Part shown: one piece after another, positions 19,782 through 28,825 of the stretch
Position numbering within the stretch: the stretch's first letter is position 1
Layout of the letters: the number at the start of each line of letters is the position of its first letter
Source: Candidatus Woesearchaeota archaeon
Lineage (GTDB): Archaea; Nanobdellota; Nanobdellia; SCGC-AAA011-G17; JACPNG01
Assembly (NCBI GenBank): GCA_016185615.1
Contig: JACPNE010000008.1
Span: forward strand, 39,632-103,631
Length of the DNA: 64,000 nucleotides
Direction of reading: 5' to 3'
The notes under the pieces: model-generated
The model's database searches: none
What the model was told of the DNA's origin: nothing
What the model saw: only the letters and a program-made list of their open reading frames with translations
Translations under genes and position numbers: made by a program

Positions 19782-20327
19782 ATGAGAAGGAATTTTAGGG
19801 GATACAAAAGAATATTTGGAAATTCAATCCCGGAGATATTATCTAACTTTAAGATTAAGCTTGGGGACTGGAGATTAACAGTAGTGATGCCTGTATTAAT
19901 TGCAATAATCTTCATTTATACATTAATAGCAATATTGAATGTAAAATTGGATTTGTTTGATGAATATACAATTTTAGAAAGAATAAAATCTATTTTTATA
20001 ACTCCCATAGTGGAAGAGATAATATTCAGGGGAGTATTTCTTGGAGTCTTCTTTGTATCTATTCCTAGAATAATATCGAATCTATTGAACATCAAGATGA
20101 AGAGTAATACTTATTATTTCTTTATCTTTTCAGGATTATTTATTCAAGCTGTATGGTTCACATTGCAGCATTATAATCCCAATGCAAGCTCTTTCTACAT
20201 AAGATTGTTTGACGGATTGATATATGGGCTGCTTTATATTTTATTCAGGAGAAATCTGCTTCCTGCAATAATGGCGCACATGACAAATAACGCAGCCATA
20301 CATTATCTCATGATATATTTTAATTAA
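19782..20327 (+). CDS. CPBP/Abi (CAAX) intramembrane glutamic protease
   Basis: PIVEEIIFRG, FTLQH, AIMAHMTNN, several TM helices. Confidence 0.9.
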   Translation: MRRNFRGYKRIFGNSIPEILSNFKIKLGDWRLTVVMPVLIAIIFIYTLIAILNVKLDLFDEYTILERIKSIFITPIVEEIIFRGVFLGVFFVSIPRIISNLLNIKMKSNTYYFFIFSGLFIQAVWFTLQHYNPNASSFYIRLFDGLIYGLLYILFRRNLLPAIMAHMTNNAAIHYLMIYFN

Positions 20328-20363
20328 AAAACATTTATAAAAAGAAATTTATTTCATAATTAT

Positions 20364-20717
20364 ATGAGAAACAGATTGTTATATATCACATTAACTCTTG
20401 TAATTTTAGTCATAGTTTTGATAGTTGCAATCTCATTTTATCCTAGGAATAATATAAATAATTTTAGTTCTTGTGCTGAAGCTGGTTATCCTGTAATGGA
20501 GTCCTATCCAAGGCAATGCAATTATAATGGAAGGACTTTTGTTGAGGAGATTTCCTGGGAGAACGATGGAGTTACACTAAAGAAGATTCCTAATGGAGAT
20601 TATGCATGCTTTGGCTGTGGAAGAACAATGTGTATAGATCCTATATCTGGATTAGAAGATGTTGAAGAGACTGAAAGTTTACATTGTGATGAAGATTTTA
20701 ACATTGTAGAGAAATAA
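20364..20717 (+). CDS. Small membrane-anchored Cys-rich exported protein
   Basis: N-terminal TM, INNFSSCAEAGYPVMESYPRQC...GRTFVE module, six Cys. Confidence 0.75.
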   Translation: MRNRLLYITLTLVILVIVLIVAISFYPRNNINNFSSCAEAGYPVMESYPRQCNYNGRTFVEEISWENDGVTLKKIPNGDYACFGCGRTMCIDPISGLEDVEETESLHCDEDFNIVEK

Positions 20718-20786
20718 GGAGTATACTCAATAATATATTTTTATGTTTATAATTCTTTAAATATCCTTAATTAAGTTAATTTAATA

Positions 20787-21215
20787 ATGGGAAGAAAAAG
20801 CAACAAAGAAAAACCAGAGAAACGTGAATATTACAGAATAGAAGGCCATTATGAGAATTCTGGTAAAAAATTAAGATTAACTGGAAGCTTAATAATAGAC
20901 AATGCTGGGAATGTAAAAGGGACAGTCCTAGATCATGGTTCAGAAGTTAAAGAGCAAAAATTAGAAGGGAAAGTTTGGGTAGTAAGTGAAGAAACAAAAT
21001 TAGTATTTGTAAAATATTATCCAGAGAATAATCTTGCTAATTCGTTATATCAATTAAGAAAAGAAAATAATAATGTATATTCGGGGTTATATAAAGGAAA
21101 ATGGAATAGATTGCCACGTCCAATTGATTTAGAAGCTATATCAAGTGCCCAGTTAATGAAGATTCCAGAGTATAATATTGGGGAAAATATCCAGCTAATG
21201 ATAGCAAAACATTAA
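20787..21215 (+). CDS. Hypothetical beta-rich protein
   Basis: 142-aa ORF with upstream TATA. Confidence 0.6.
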   Translation: MGRKSNKEKPEKREYYRIEGHYENSGKKLRLTGSLIIDNAGNVKGTVLDHGSEVKEQKLEGKVWVVSEETKLVFVKYYPENNLANSLYQLRKENNNVYSGLYKGKWNRLPRPIDLEAISSAQLMKIPEYNIGENIQLMIAKH

Positions 21216-21350
21216 TTCTTATTAAAGTTGAAAACTAAAACATTATCTTTATTCCAAACATCGGAATAGGAAGAAAATAAAGTGTCTTCTTGTTTTTATC
21301 ATAGTAAAATCCAATCCAGAAATCATACTAAGCAAATAAAAGTTTAACTT

Positions 21351-22001
21351 TCATACTTTCTCACACCATTCGCAAGTTTTTTTGGGACAATCCCCATTTA
21401 ATAGTTTTAAAGCCTTATTGAATAAATTTTCAGCATTTTTTACATTTGTATTTCTCTTAACTAATTCTGTATCAAATATAACCTCTCCTGTTTCTGTAAC
21501 TTCTTTTGGAATATAGAATAAAATAAAAGCAAAATCTTCAGTTTCATAGTTGTTTTTTCTAAGTAAAAAATTATACAAATCCAGTTGATTTTGGTATCTG
21601 TCAGCTGTATCTTCCTTTAATGCAAATCCCCTTGTCTTATAATCTAATACAATTAATTTATTGCCTTTGACTAAGAGATTGTCTACTGCTCCAAATAGTA
21701 TATTTCCTTCTTTGTCTTCATATCTTATTCCTTTTAGGTTATTTCTCCATTGCTTTAATAGTTCTATGTTGTTGAATAATTTCATATCTTTGCTATTGGA
21801 ATTTTCTTTTAATTCTGGAGGCAGTTGTTCTTTATTCATGAACTTGTCAAAATGCGTTTTAAGAATTTTATCCATTCCATTAGGAAGAGAAGACATTGGT
21901 CCTTGGGGTCTTTTCCATACTTTATGCTTATCTAAATAGAAACATCTAGGGCATTCGTTCATTAAATTTATTGAGCTTGGGGATAGTTTAAAGGTTGGCA
22001 T
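21351..22001 (-). CDS. PD-(D/E)XK nuclease, Cas4/RecB-like
   Basis: LSPSSINLMNECPRCFY, GAVDNL, VLDYKT, QLDLYNFLL, C-terminal CEWC. Confidence 0.9.
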   Translation of the reverse strand: MPTFKLSPSSINLMNECPRCFYLDKHKVWKRPQGPMSSLPNGMDKILKTHFDKFMNKEQLPPELKENSNSKDMKLFNNIELLKQWRNNLKGIRYEDKEGNILFGAVDNLLVKGNKLIVLDYKTRGFALKEDTADRYQNQLDLYNFLLRKNNYETEDFAFILFYIPKEVTETGEVIFDTELVKRNTNVKNAENLFNKALKLLNGDCPKKTCEWCEKV

Positions 22002-22133
22002 TTTAAAACGAAAATTTTATATAACATAAATATACCTATATATTATTACATATAAATCCATCTCGAACGGAGTCCATGAGGTGCCTGCCTGCTTATGTGG
22101 ACAGGATAGACTAGTAGGATGGTTTTGTAATAT

Positions 22134-22343
22134 CTACTCTCCATATATTGCTCTTAATAAAAGGTTATCCATCTCTCTTTCATAATTATCATAAACTTCT
22201 TCAAGTAAATCATTTAATCTTTCTCTTGATTCTGGATTAAATTTCTCTAACTCTTCTTTAATTTGTCTATAATAAATGTGTGGATTTCTTTGATAAGGAA
22301 GAGCTTTTATTCTTTCTTCGAAATCTACTTTTTCATTAAGCAC
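22134..22343 (-). CDS. Small hypothetical protein
   Basis: 69-aa helical acidic ORF, GTG start. Confidence 0.5.
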   Translation of the reverse strand: MLNEKVDFEERIKALPYQRNPHIYYRQIKEELEKFNPESRERLNDLLEEVYDNYEREMDNLLLRAIYGE

Positions 22344-22393
22344 TTTGTATATAAGTAAGATAATTTTATATAGTTTCTGAATTCAGAAATTAA

Positions 22394-22948
22394 ATGGATT
22401 ATAAAGAATTATTAAAAATCATAATAGACTTAAAAATTGGAGAGAATAAAAATATATATCGAATTGATAATACTGATTTATGGATTCATAGACCGGAAAA
22501 ACTTGGACGTTCTCTAAAAAGTAAAGAAAAGTATGAGATTAAAACTAATTTTCAAATATTTATGAGAGGACAAAACGGTAAAGCATTTAAACCAAATCAT
22601 TTAAGAATATTGATAGATTTACATTTAAAATTAATTAGTAATCCAAATTCAGCTAAAAAATTATTTGATATTTTAGAAGATATTTACAACGGTAAAGATC
22701 CATTAGAATTCAAGAATGATTTAAGCAAAATGAATTTTAAAATGCAATTAGATTCTGCTCTAATAAATGTTTGTTGTGCTCAATTATTTATGGCTGAGCA
22801 AGATATTAATTATACAAAAGGAAAAATTCAACCACCAAGATCTTTCTTAATGGGATATATAAGATTTATAAAAGCTGGACAAGAAAATATAGATAAAATA
22901 TTATGGAGTTCTATTAGACATCCACCGAGAAAAGAATTTAGGGAATGA
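22394..22948 (+). CDS. Hypothetical protein, candidate restriction endonuclease
   Basis: 184 aa, convergent with and overlapping the methyltransferase; no clear catalytic motif recognised. Confidence 0.5.
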   Translation: MDYKELLKIIIDLKIGENKNIYRIDNTDLWIHRPEKLGRSLKSKEKYEIKTNFQIFMRGQNGKAFKPNHLRILIDLHLKLISNPNSAKKLFDILEDIYNGKDPLEFKNDLSKMNFKMQLDSALINVCCAQLFMAEQDINYTKGKIQPPRSFLMGYIRFIKAGQENIDKILWSSIRHPPRKEFRE

Positions 22949-23738
22949 ACTCAACTTCATAATCCTCATTTATCTTTCTTTGTGTAGGTTTTAATCTTTT
23001 ATTTATTATTCTTTTATATTTCTTATTTAGTTCTATACCGATAGAATTTCTATTAAAATTCTTTGCCACAACTGAAGTAGTTCCAGAACCTAAGAATGGA
23101 TCTAACACAGTATCTCCTTCTTCAGTACAACTTAAAATAATCCTTCTAAGAAGTTCTTCTGGTTTTTGTGTCGGATGTACTCCAGCTAATTTCTCTTTCT
23201 TTGGTGTTAATGGTATTACCCAGACATTTCTAGTTTGTTTACCTTTAGGGTTAATATGATCTTCAATTCCATCTTTCGTCCATTGGTAATTAAATTTCCA
23301 TTTTTTCTTATTTCCATTCTTAGAAGCCCATATTAAATGCTCTGTACTCTCAGTAAAAAATCTACATGTTATATTTGGTTGAGCATTAGGTTTAAACCAT
23401 ACAATACTATTATTTATTTTAACATCATTATAATGCTGAAGAATAAATCCTACTTGATAGATATTATGAAAAGATCCAGATATCCATAAACTTCCTCCAT
23501 GTTTTAATACTCTTAATGCTTCTTTAATCCATTGTTGATTAAATTGAAAATAACCATCTTTAGAAAACATATCCCATTGTTCTTGCATTGTTATGTGTTT
23601 ACTATATTTCCAACCTAAACCCTTCTTTTTAGACATATTATATGGTGGATCTGCAAATATCAAATCTACAGATTCATCTGGAAGTTCTTTTAATCTTTCT
23701 AAAGCATTCCCAAGATAAATTGTATGTTTAGTTTTCAT
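22938..23738 (-). CDS. Site-specific amino-DNA methyltransferase, beta class (N6_N4_Mtase)
   Basis: LIFADPPYN precedes HPTQKPEELL and VLDPFLGSGTT. Confidence 0.95.
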   Translation of the reverse strand: MKTKHTIYLGNALERLKELPDESVDLIFADPPYNMSKKKGLGWKYSKHITMQEQWDMFSKDGYFQFNQQWIKEALRVLKHGGSLWISGSFHNIYQVGFILQHYNDVKINNSIVWFKPNAQPNITCRFFTESTEHLIWASKNGNKKKWKFNYQWTKDGIEDHINPKGKQTRNVWVIPLTPKKEKLAGVHPTQKPEELLRRIILSCTEEGDTVLDPFLGSGTTSVVAKNFNRNSIGIELNKKYKRIINKRLKPTQRKINEDYEVEFIP

Positions 23739-23872
23739 TTTTTCTTTAAATCCTCTTCAATAAAAAGTCTAATTTTATCCCATATTTGAATTTTTTGTTC
23801 TCTTAATTTTAGAACCCATTTATCCCAAATTTCTTTGTCTCCCCTAAAAGAAATAATCTCTTTCTCAGTCAT
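23735..23872 (-). CDS. 45-aa ribbon-helix-helix-like protein, putative controller
   Basis: MTEKEIISFRGDKEIWDKWVLKLREQKIQIWDKIRLFIEEDLKKK*; ATGA overlap with the methyltransferase start; not in the ORF track. Confidence 0.7.
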   Translation of the reverse strand: MTEKEIISFRGDKEIWDKWVLKLREQKIQIWDKIRLFIEEDLKKK

Positions 23873-23886
23873 ACTGTATGACAGTA
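23872..23886. promoter_or_regulatory. Inverted repeat at the RHH start codon, putative operator
   Basis: TACTGT-ATG-ACAGTA, with a minus-strand TTTATATA box near 23895-23903. Confidence 0.55.
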
Positions 23887-23939
23887 GTACTATTATATAT
23901 AAAGATTATTGCGATGAAATATTGGAATTATTCTTTATC

Positions 23940-24131
23940 TTATTCTTTCTTTTTCATTTTCTTCCATAAGTCGCTCAATTCCTTTAATCTTTTCTTTTTA
24001 TTCTCTTCATTTAATTCTTTTTTTTCTTCAACCCCTACTTTTTCTATTTTTCTCCATCTTCTATGTCTAGCCCGCATAGCACTATAATTTCTTTTTCCTC
24101 CACCCATATATACCTTCATTAACCCAATCAA
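23940..24131 (-). CDS. Small highly charged hypothetical protein
   Basis: 63-aa Lys/Arg/Glu-rich ORF; start uncertain. Confidence 0.4.
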   Translation of the reverse strand: MIGLMKVYMGGGKRNYSAMRARHRRWRKIEKVGVEEKKELNEENKKKRLKELSDLWKKMKKKE

Positions 24132-24256
24132 TTTAATAATATTCTAAATCTCATAACTATTAATATAAGTATCTGCTCTATAAATAAACATAATAAATTT
24201 AAATAAATTATCATTGTCTAAATCAGATGATGACCTAAAAAGATGAATAATTTAAA

Positions 24257-24391
24257 ATGGATGGAATGATAATAAGAATACAAAAAAGAAAGATCTTGAG
24301 ATATAAAGAAATCGTAAAAAAATTAATTAATAACGAAGATTTATCAAAAGAACAAAAGGAATTTCTCAAAAAAGAGAAAATTTTAGAATGA
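24257..24391 (+). CDS. Putative antitoxin, 44 aa
   Basis: MDGMIIRIQKRKILRYKEIVKKLINNEDLSKEQKEFLKKEKILE*; ATGA overlap with the PIN gene. Confidence 0.5.
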   Translation: MDGMIIRIQKRKILRYKEIVKKLINNEDLSKEQKEFLKKEKILE

Positions 24392-24795
24392 AAATTTACT
24401 GTGATACTAATATTTACTTAGATTTTTTCTTAGGAAGAAAAGATTACTTAAGGCCCCTAGATGAATTTGCCTATCAAATCTTTAAAAGGGTAGAAAATGG
24501 AGAGTTTACTTTAATAATTTCAGATCACTTACTTTATGAATTAAGAAATTATATAGAAGAAAAGAAAATTACTGAATTATTACAACCATTAAACCAAAAA
24601 GGAAGAATAATTAGAATATTCAAAACAAGAGAAGACATTCTAAAAGCAAAAGAAATCTCTAAGGAAAATTGGAAAGATGCCTTACATGCAATATTAGCAA
24701 ATAAAGCAAAAGCAGTTTATTTATTAACAAGGAATATTCAAGATTATGCTGGCTGTGAGCATTTAGTTGAGATCAAGTTCCCTGAAAACATTTGA
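24388..24795 (+). CDS. PIN-domain (VapC-like) toxin
   Basis: KIYCDTNIYLD, LLYEL, DALHAILA, LLTRNIQDY. Confidence 0.92.
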   Translation: MKIYCDTNIYLDFFLGRKDYLRPLDEFAYQIFKRVENGEFTLIISDHLLYELRNYIEEKKITELLQPLNQKGRIIRIFKTREDILKAKEISKENWKDALHAILANKAKAVYLLTRNIQDYAGCEHLVEIKFPENI

Positions 24796-25896
24796 AGTTT
24801 CTTTATTTTCATAATTTTCAAATAATTTATTCTTTTCATCTTCAGTCAAAACTTTTGGTTTAACAGAGCCTTTTAATTTGAAAATCCAAGACTTTTCATC
24901 TATTTGTTTTGAAGCTAACGAGCTATTTAACTCTTCCAAATATTCTTTGCATACGACAATTAAAGTTTCTTTTCTAGGATTAAAATACTTTTTCAGTGTA
25001 ATATAGTCATATCCATAATTTCCATTAACTAAATCATTAAATAAATTATATGTTGCCATTAATTCCCATAATGAAATGAAACAATCATTTATTGTAAGCT
25101 GTAAGTCATTTAACTCTTTTTCATTCTTTTCAATAAATAATTGATGTACTATTGAAACATAAGCATTAAGGATACTAATAATATCTTTATTATCTTCCTT
25201 TCTAGGGAAATTCATAGCAAATGAATTTAATAGTTTAGAAATCAATGGTTTAGTCTCTTGATTTAATTCATAGCAAAGAATTTGTTGAAGTTTTAATTTT
25301 GCTAAATAAAGAGTTTTATGTTTTCTTTGATATTGCTCAGAAAGTATTGCTCTTGTATTTCCTATATATTTTGAATAGATATTTATCGCATCATCAATTG
25401 CTTGATCTAAATTAGGTATCTTTTCTTTAAAATCATAAATATATTCTTGTTCAGGATTATATTCTAATACGCAAACTTGCCCAAATAAATACCATCCCCT
25501 TGGAATTTCAATTGGTAGTTTAGTGCTATCTGCTATCTCTGCAATAACTTTTTGCATTTGTGTTTTATTAGGAAGTACTTTTGTTTTTTCTGTCCATCTT
25601 TTTCTTACTCTCATAAATAAATAATTACAGAAGTTTTCTGTTTCTTTACTTATAGGAACCCCAAGCAATGTATCATCTCTTCTAGTTACATCAACTTCCT
25701 TAACCTTCTTGAATACCTTTTTGTTCTCTTCTTCAACTTCAACCACAACATCAACGCTTTTTAGCAAATCTAAAGCCTTACTCACAGTATCCCAATTTGA
25801 ATTAACCTCTACAGCTAATTCATTTATAGTCATCGGTTTGTTCTCTAGAAGGTGTAAGATGCGTTGAACTAATTGTTTCTTTGTTTTTCGCACCAT
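24763..25896 (-). CDS. Winged-helix protein with SocA/Panacea(DUF4065)-like domain
   Basis: PMTINELAVEVNSNWDTVSKALDLL wHTH; KTQMQKVI...GWYLFGQV resembles KLQKLLY...AWxYGPV. Confidence 0.55.
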   Translation of the reverse strand: MVRKTKKQLVQRILHLLENKPMTINELAVEVNSNWDTVSKALDLLKSVDVVVEVEEENKKVFKKVKEVDVTRRDDTLLGVPISKETENFCNYLFMRVRKRWTEKTKVLPNKTQMQKVIAEIADSTKLPIEIPRGWYLFGQVCVLEYNPEQEYIYDFKEKIPNLDQAIDDAINIYSKYIGNTRAILSEQYQRKHKTLYLAKLKLQQILCYELNQETKPLISKLLNSFAMNFPRKEDNKDIISILNAYVSIVHQLFIEKNEKELNDLQLTINDCFISLWELMATYNLFNDLVNGNYGYDYITLKKYFNPRKETLIVVCKEYLEELNSSLASKQIDEKSWIFKLKGSVKPKVLTEDEKNKLFENYENKETSNVFRELDLN

Positions 25897-25997
25897 ATTT
25901 TGTTATAATACATAATACTATATAAACTTTTCTGTCAAATAATATAGTCTGTCAAAAAACACAATATTTATATAATAGTTCTATCAATTAATAGGGT

Positions 25998-26528
25998 ATG
26001 TCAAAATTAAAAGACAAATTTGAAAGAATAAAAAAAGAACATCCAAGGATTAAATTAGAGCCTTATAACAAAGTTTATGAGACTTTAAAGAATATTGGTA
26101 ATCCTAAAAAGGGTGCTACAATAACGGTTCTTGCTGAAAAGACCAAATTCAAAAGAAGTAAAGTTGATAGAATAATAAGAATTCTAAAGGTATACCGTTA
26201 TGTTAAAATAGCTGAAGGAAGTAATGGAATCCCATATCTATGCATTATTGATAAAAAAGATGAAAGATATTGGAAATGGGGAAAAGAACAAATTGGTTCT
26301 AATCTTGATAAAAACTATGAATCTCTATTAGAGAATTTAGATAAAGCGAAAAAGTCAGATAACAAATTAAAAACAGAAATAAAGTCATATCAAAACAAAA
26401 AGAAAAATGGGAAGTTCTTTAAAATCTATAACACGCTTGTTGAAGATGTATGGTCTAATATGAAAGATTCAGATTTAAATAAATTAGAAATTGGCAGTAC
26501 GGCAGTGAAGTATTGTATAGGTGAATAA
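25998..26528 (+). CDS. Winged-helix domain protein
   Basis: ATITVLAEKTKFKRSKVDRIIRILKVYRYV. Confidence 0.65.
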   Translation: MSKLKDKFERIKKEHPRIKLEPYNKVYETLKNIGNPKKGATITVLAEKTKFKRSKVDRIIRILKVYRYVKIAEGSNGIPYLCIIDKKDERYWKWGKEQIGSNLDKNYESLLENLDKAKKSDNKLKTEIKSYQNKKKNGKFFKIYNTLVEDVWSNMKDSDLNKLEIGSTAVKYCIGE

Positions 26529-27434
26529 ATGAATTTTCAAAATGAGTTTAGTTGGTCGAAATCTAGGGATGAATTATTTAATGAATGTAAAAGGAAATAT
26601 TACTTTAAACATTATGGTTGTTGGGGCGGATGGGATCAAACTGCTACAGAAAGAATGAAAGAACTTTATATTCTAAAAAATTTATCAACAAGGCATATTT
26701 GGATTGGAGATGTTGTTCATCAAATAATAAAATATTTTTTAATACAACTAAAGGCAGGGAATCATGTAACATTAAGTAATTTGTTATTTAGATTAAAAAA
26801 GAAATTAAAAGAAGATTATGATGGTTCAGAAGCAGGAATATACAAAAAATTTCCTAAAAAATGTGGATTAGTTGAACATGAATACAAATATTTAATTCCG
26901 AAAGATGAATGGGATGGATTATTTAAAACAGCAGAAAATTGCATAACAAATTTTTATAATTCAGATACATTAAAAGAGATAAAAAACAAAGATATAAGTA
27001 AATGGTTATTTCTTGAAGATTTTTTATCTTTTGATTTTGAGAGAACAAAAGTTTACTTAAGTATCGATTTTGCGATTAAGAATGAAGATAACAAAATTAT
27101 TTTGTATGATTGGAAAACAGGTAAAGAAAGAGATGTAGAAATGGGTATACAATTAACCTGTTATGCACTTTATGTTATTCAAAAATGGAATTTAGAGCCA
27201 AATAGACTTATTATTAAAAAGTATAACGTTTTCATAGATAAAGAAGATGAGTTTGAAATTACAGATAAAAATATAGGAGACATTAAAGATTATATGAGAA
27301 AAAGCATAGAAGATATGAAGAATATTCTCATTGATAAAGAAAAAAATATTGCTAAAGAAGAAGATTTTCCGCAAACTTCAGATATTAGAAAATGTTTAAA
27401 GTGTAATTTTAGAAGAGTATGTAATCTTGTTTAA
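26529..27434 (+). CDS. PD-(D/E)XK nuclease with four-Cys staple, Cas4/AddB-like
   Basis: FSWSK...ECKRKYY, SIDFA, LYDWKTG, QLTCYALY, CLKCNFRRVC. Confidence 0.9.
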   Translation: MNFQNEFSWSKSRDELFNECKRKYYFKHYGCWGGWDQTATERMKELYILKNLSTRHIWIGDVVHQIIKYFLIQLKAGNHVTLSNLLFRLKKKLKEDYDGSEAGIYKKFPKKCGLVEHEYKYLIPKDEWDGLFKTAENCITNFYNSDTLKEIKNKDISKWLFLEDFLSFDFERTKVYLSIDFAIKNEDNKIILYDWKTGKERDVEMGIQLTCYALYVIQKWNLEPNRLIIKKYNVFIDKEDEFEITDKNIGDIKDYMRKSIEDMKNILIDKEKNIAKEEDFPQTSDIRKCLKCNFRRVCNLV

Positions 27435-28108
27435 AAATTTTTTACTTTCTCTTTGAAACTAAGATATTTACCATTCCCAATAATAATATGGTCCAATAAA
27501 GGGATATCTAGATTCTTTCCAGCTTGAATCATTTGTTTTGTTACTTTTATATCATCGTCACTAGGCTTTGGATTTCCACTAGGATGATTATGAACTAGTA
27601 TTATAGCATAAGCGCTCTCCTTAATAGCCTCTTTAAATACCTCTCTTGGATGTATCAAAGAAGAATTCAAGGTTCCAACAGATATTTCTTTTATAGAAAT
27701 AACTTTATTCTTAGTATCAAGCAAAACAGCTTTTAAAACTTCTTTTTTATAGTTTCTAAGCTCATCCTTAAACATATTATAGACATCCTCAGCTTTAGTA
27801 ATTATCTTATAATTATAACCTCCAGAAACAAGTTTATTATATCTCTTGGATAATTCAATCAAACTAGATAATTGAAGAGCCTTTACAATATCATTGCATT
27901 CTTCCTTAAGCTCATTAAAGCTTAGATCATCTAATTTATTAAGATTATAATCTTTTAATAATCTGTTAGATAATTCTAAAGCAGATTCGCCATTAGCTCC
28001 AATCCCAAAGATAATAGCTAATAACTCAGCATTATCCAAAGTTTTAACTCCGTTTCTTGTTAGCTTAAATCCTGGACGGTTAAACCAAGGTAAATCCTTA
28101 ATTTTCAA
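27431..28108 (-). CDS. radC: RadC/UPF0758 JAB-domain protein
   Basis: LDNAELLAII, GTLNSSLIHPREVFKEAI, VHNHPSGNPKPSDDD, LLDHIIIG; TTG start. Confidence 0.95.
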   Translation of the reverse strand: MKIKDLPWFNRPGFKLTRNGVKTLDNAELLAIIFGIGANGESALELSNRLLKDYNLNKLDDLSFNELKEECNDIVKALQLSSLIELSKRYNKLVSGGYNYKIITKAEDVYNMFKDELRNYKKEVLKAVLLDTKNKVISIKEISVGTLNSSLIHPREVFKEAIKESAYAIILVHNHPSGNPKPSDDDIKVTKQMIQAGKNLDIPLLDHIIIGNGKYLSFKEKVKNF

Positions 28109-28390
28109 TTAATCACCTTTTTTATAGATTTTATCATGATGGTCAAAATCATCAAAATAAACAAAGTCATTTTGTTTGTCATATTTAAACACCAAAACAA
28201 AACTATCCCCTATATGAACCCTTTTATACTCTTTTAAGGCATATCTTAAATTTTTATAATGCTCAATATCAGGATTAGACACAACCTCATTTATTTTCTT
28301 AAGAAGAATTTCATAAAGCCTTTTGTCTTTTTTTCTTAACTTGTCTAGGACTCTATCTAATTGTTTACTTATTTTATATTGCCGAGGCAT
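28109..28390 (-). CDS. RelE/ParE-family toxin
   Basis: KKINEVVSNP...YKNLRYALKEYKRVHIG...FVLVF...FDHHDKIY. Confidence 0.88.
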   Translation of the reverse strand: MPRQYKISKQLDRVLDKLRKKDKRLYEILLKKINEVVSNPDIEHYKNLRYALKEYKRVHIGDSFVLVFKYDKQNDFVYFDDFDHHDKIYKKGD

Positions 28391-28392
28391 TT

Positions 28393-28638
28393 TTATCTAG
28401 ACTCTATCTTCTTTCTTAATTCATTTATAGATCTAAAAGTCTCGCTATAACCCTCTTTTTCTATTCTCTTAAGTTTTTTTATATATTCTGGTCTTAACTC
28501 AAGATCTTCTTGATCTTCTATATATTTGGATACAACAAACTGTATAGCCTTCCCTTTATCTTTCAATCCATATTTGGCCTTAACTACATTTAACGTTCTG
28601 TTTGTATTCTCATCAATTTCAACTAATGCTTGTACCAT
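28393..28638 (-). CDS. DUF2683-like antitoxin
   Basis: MVQALVEIDENTNRTLNVVKAKYGLKDK...ELRPEYIKKL; AGGAGG upstream of 28638; 2 nt from the toxin start. Confidence 0.8.
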   Translation of the reverse strand: MVQALVEIDENTNRTLNVVKAKYGLKDKGKAIQFVVSKYIEDQEDLELRPEYIKKLKRIEKEGYSETFRSINELRKKIESR

Positions 28639-28825
28639 ATTATTCCTCCTTATTTCAACTAAGCCTAACTTATTTATAAATATTATTATTTTCATAAACC
28701 AAAAGCCTTATAAATCATCAAAAAAGCATAGTATGATAGCATTACAATTTACGAGAAGGCACTTGTAATTATACAACATTTCGCTTTTTCTATATAAGTG
28801 CTAAATACAAACAACAGGGAGAAAA

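Noticed and set aside
22058-22068. CCATCTCGAAC resembling 5S rRNA loop C
   Set aside because: Flanks do not form the 5S helices and the GC-rich patch is too short
21351-27434. CRISPR-Cas locus suggested by Cas4-like genes
   Set aside because: No cas1/cas2 and no repeat-spacer array seen anywhere in the window
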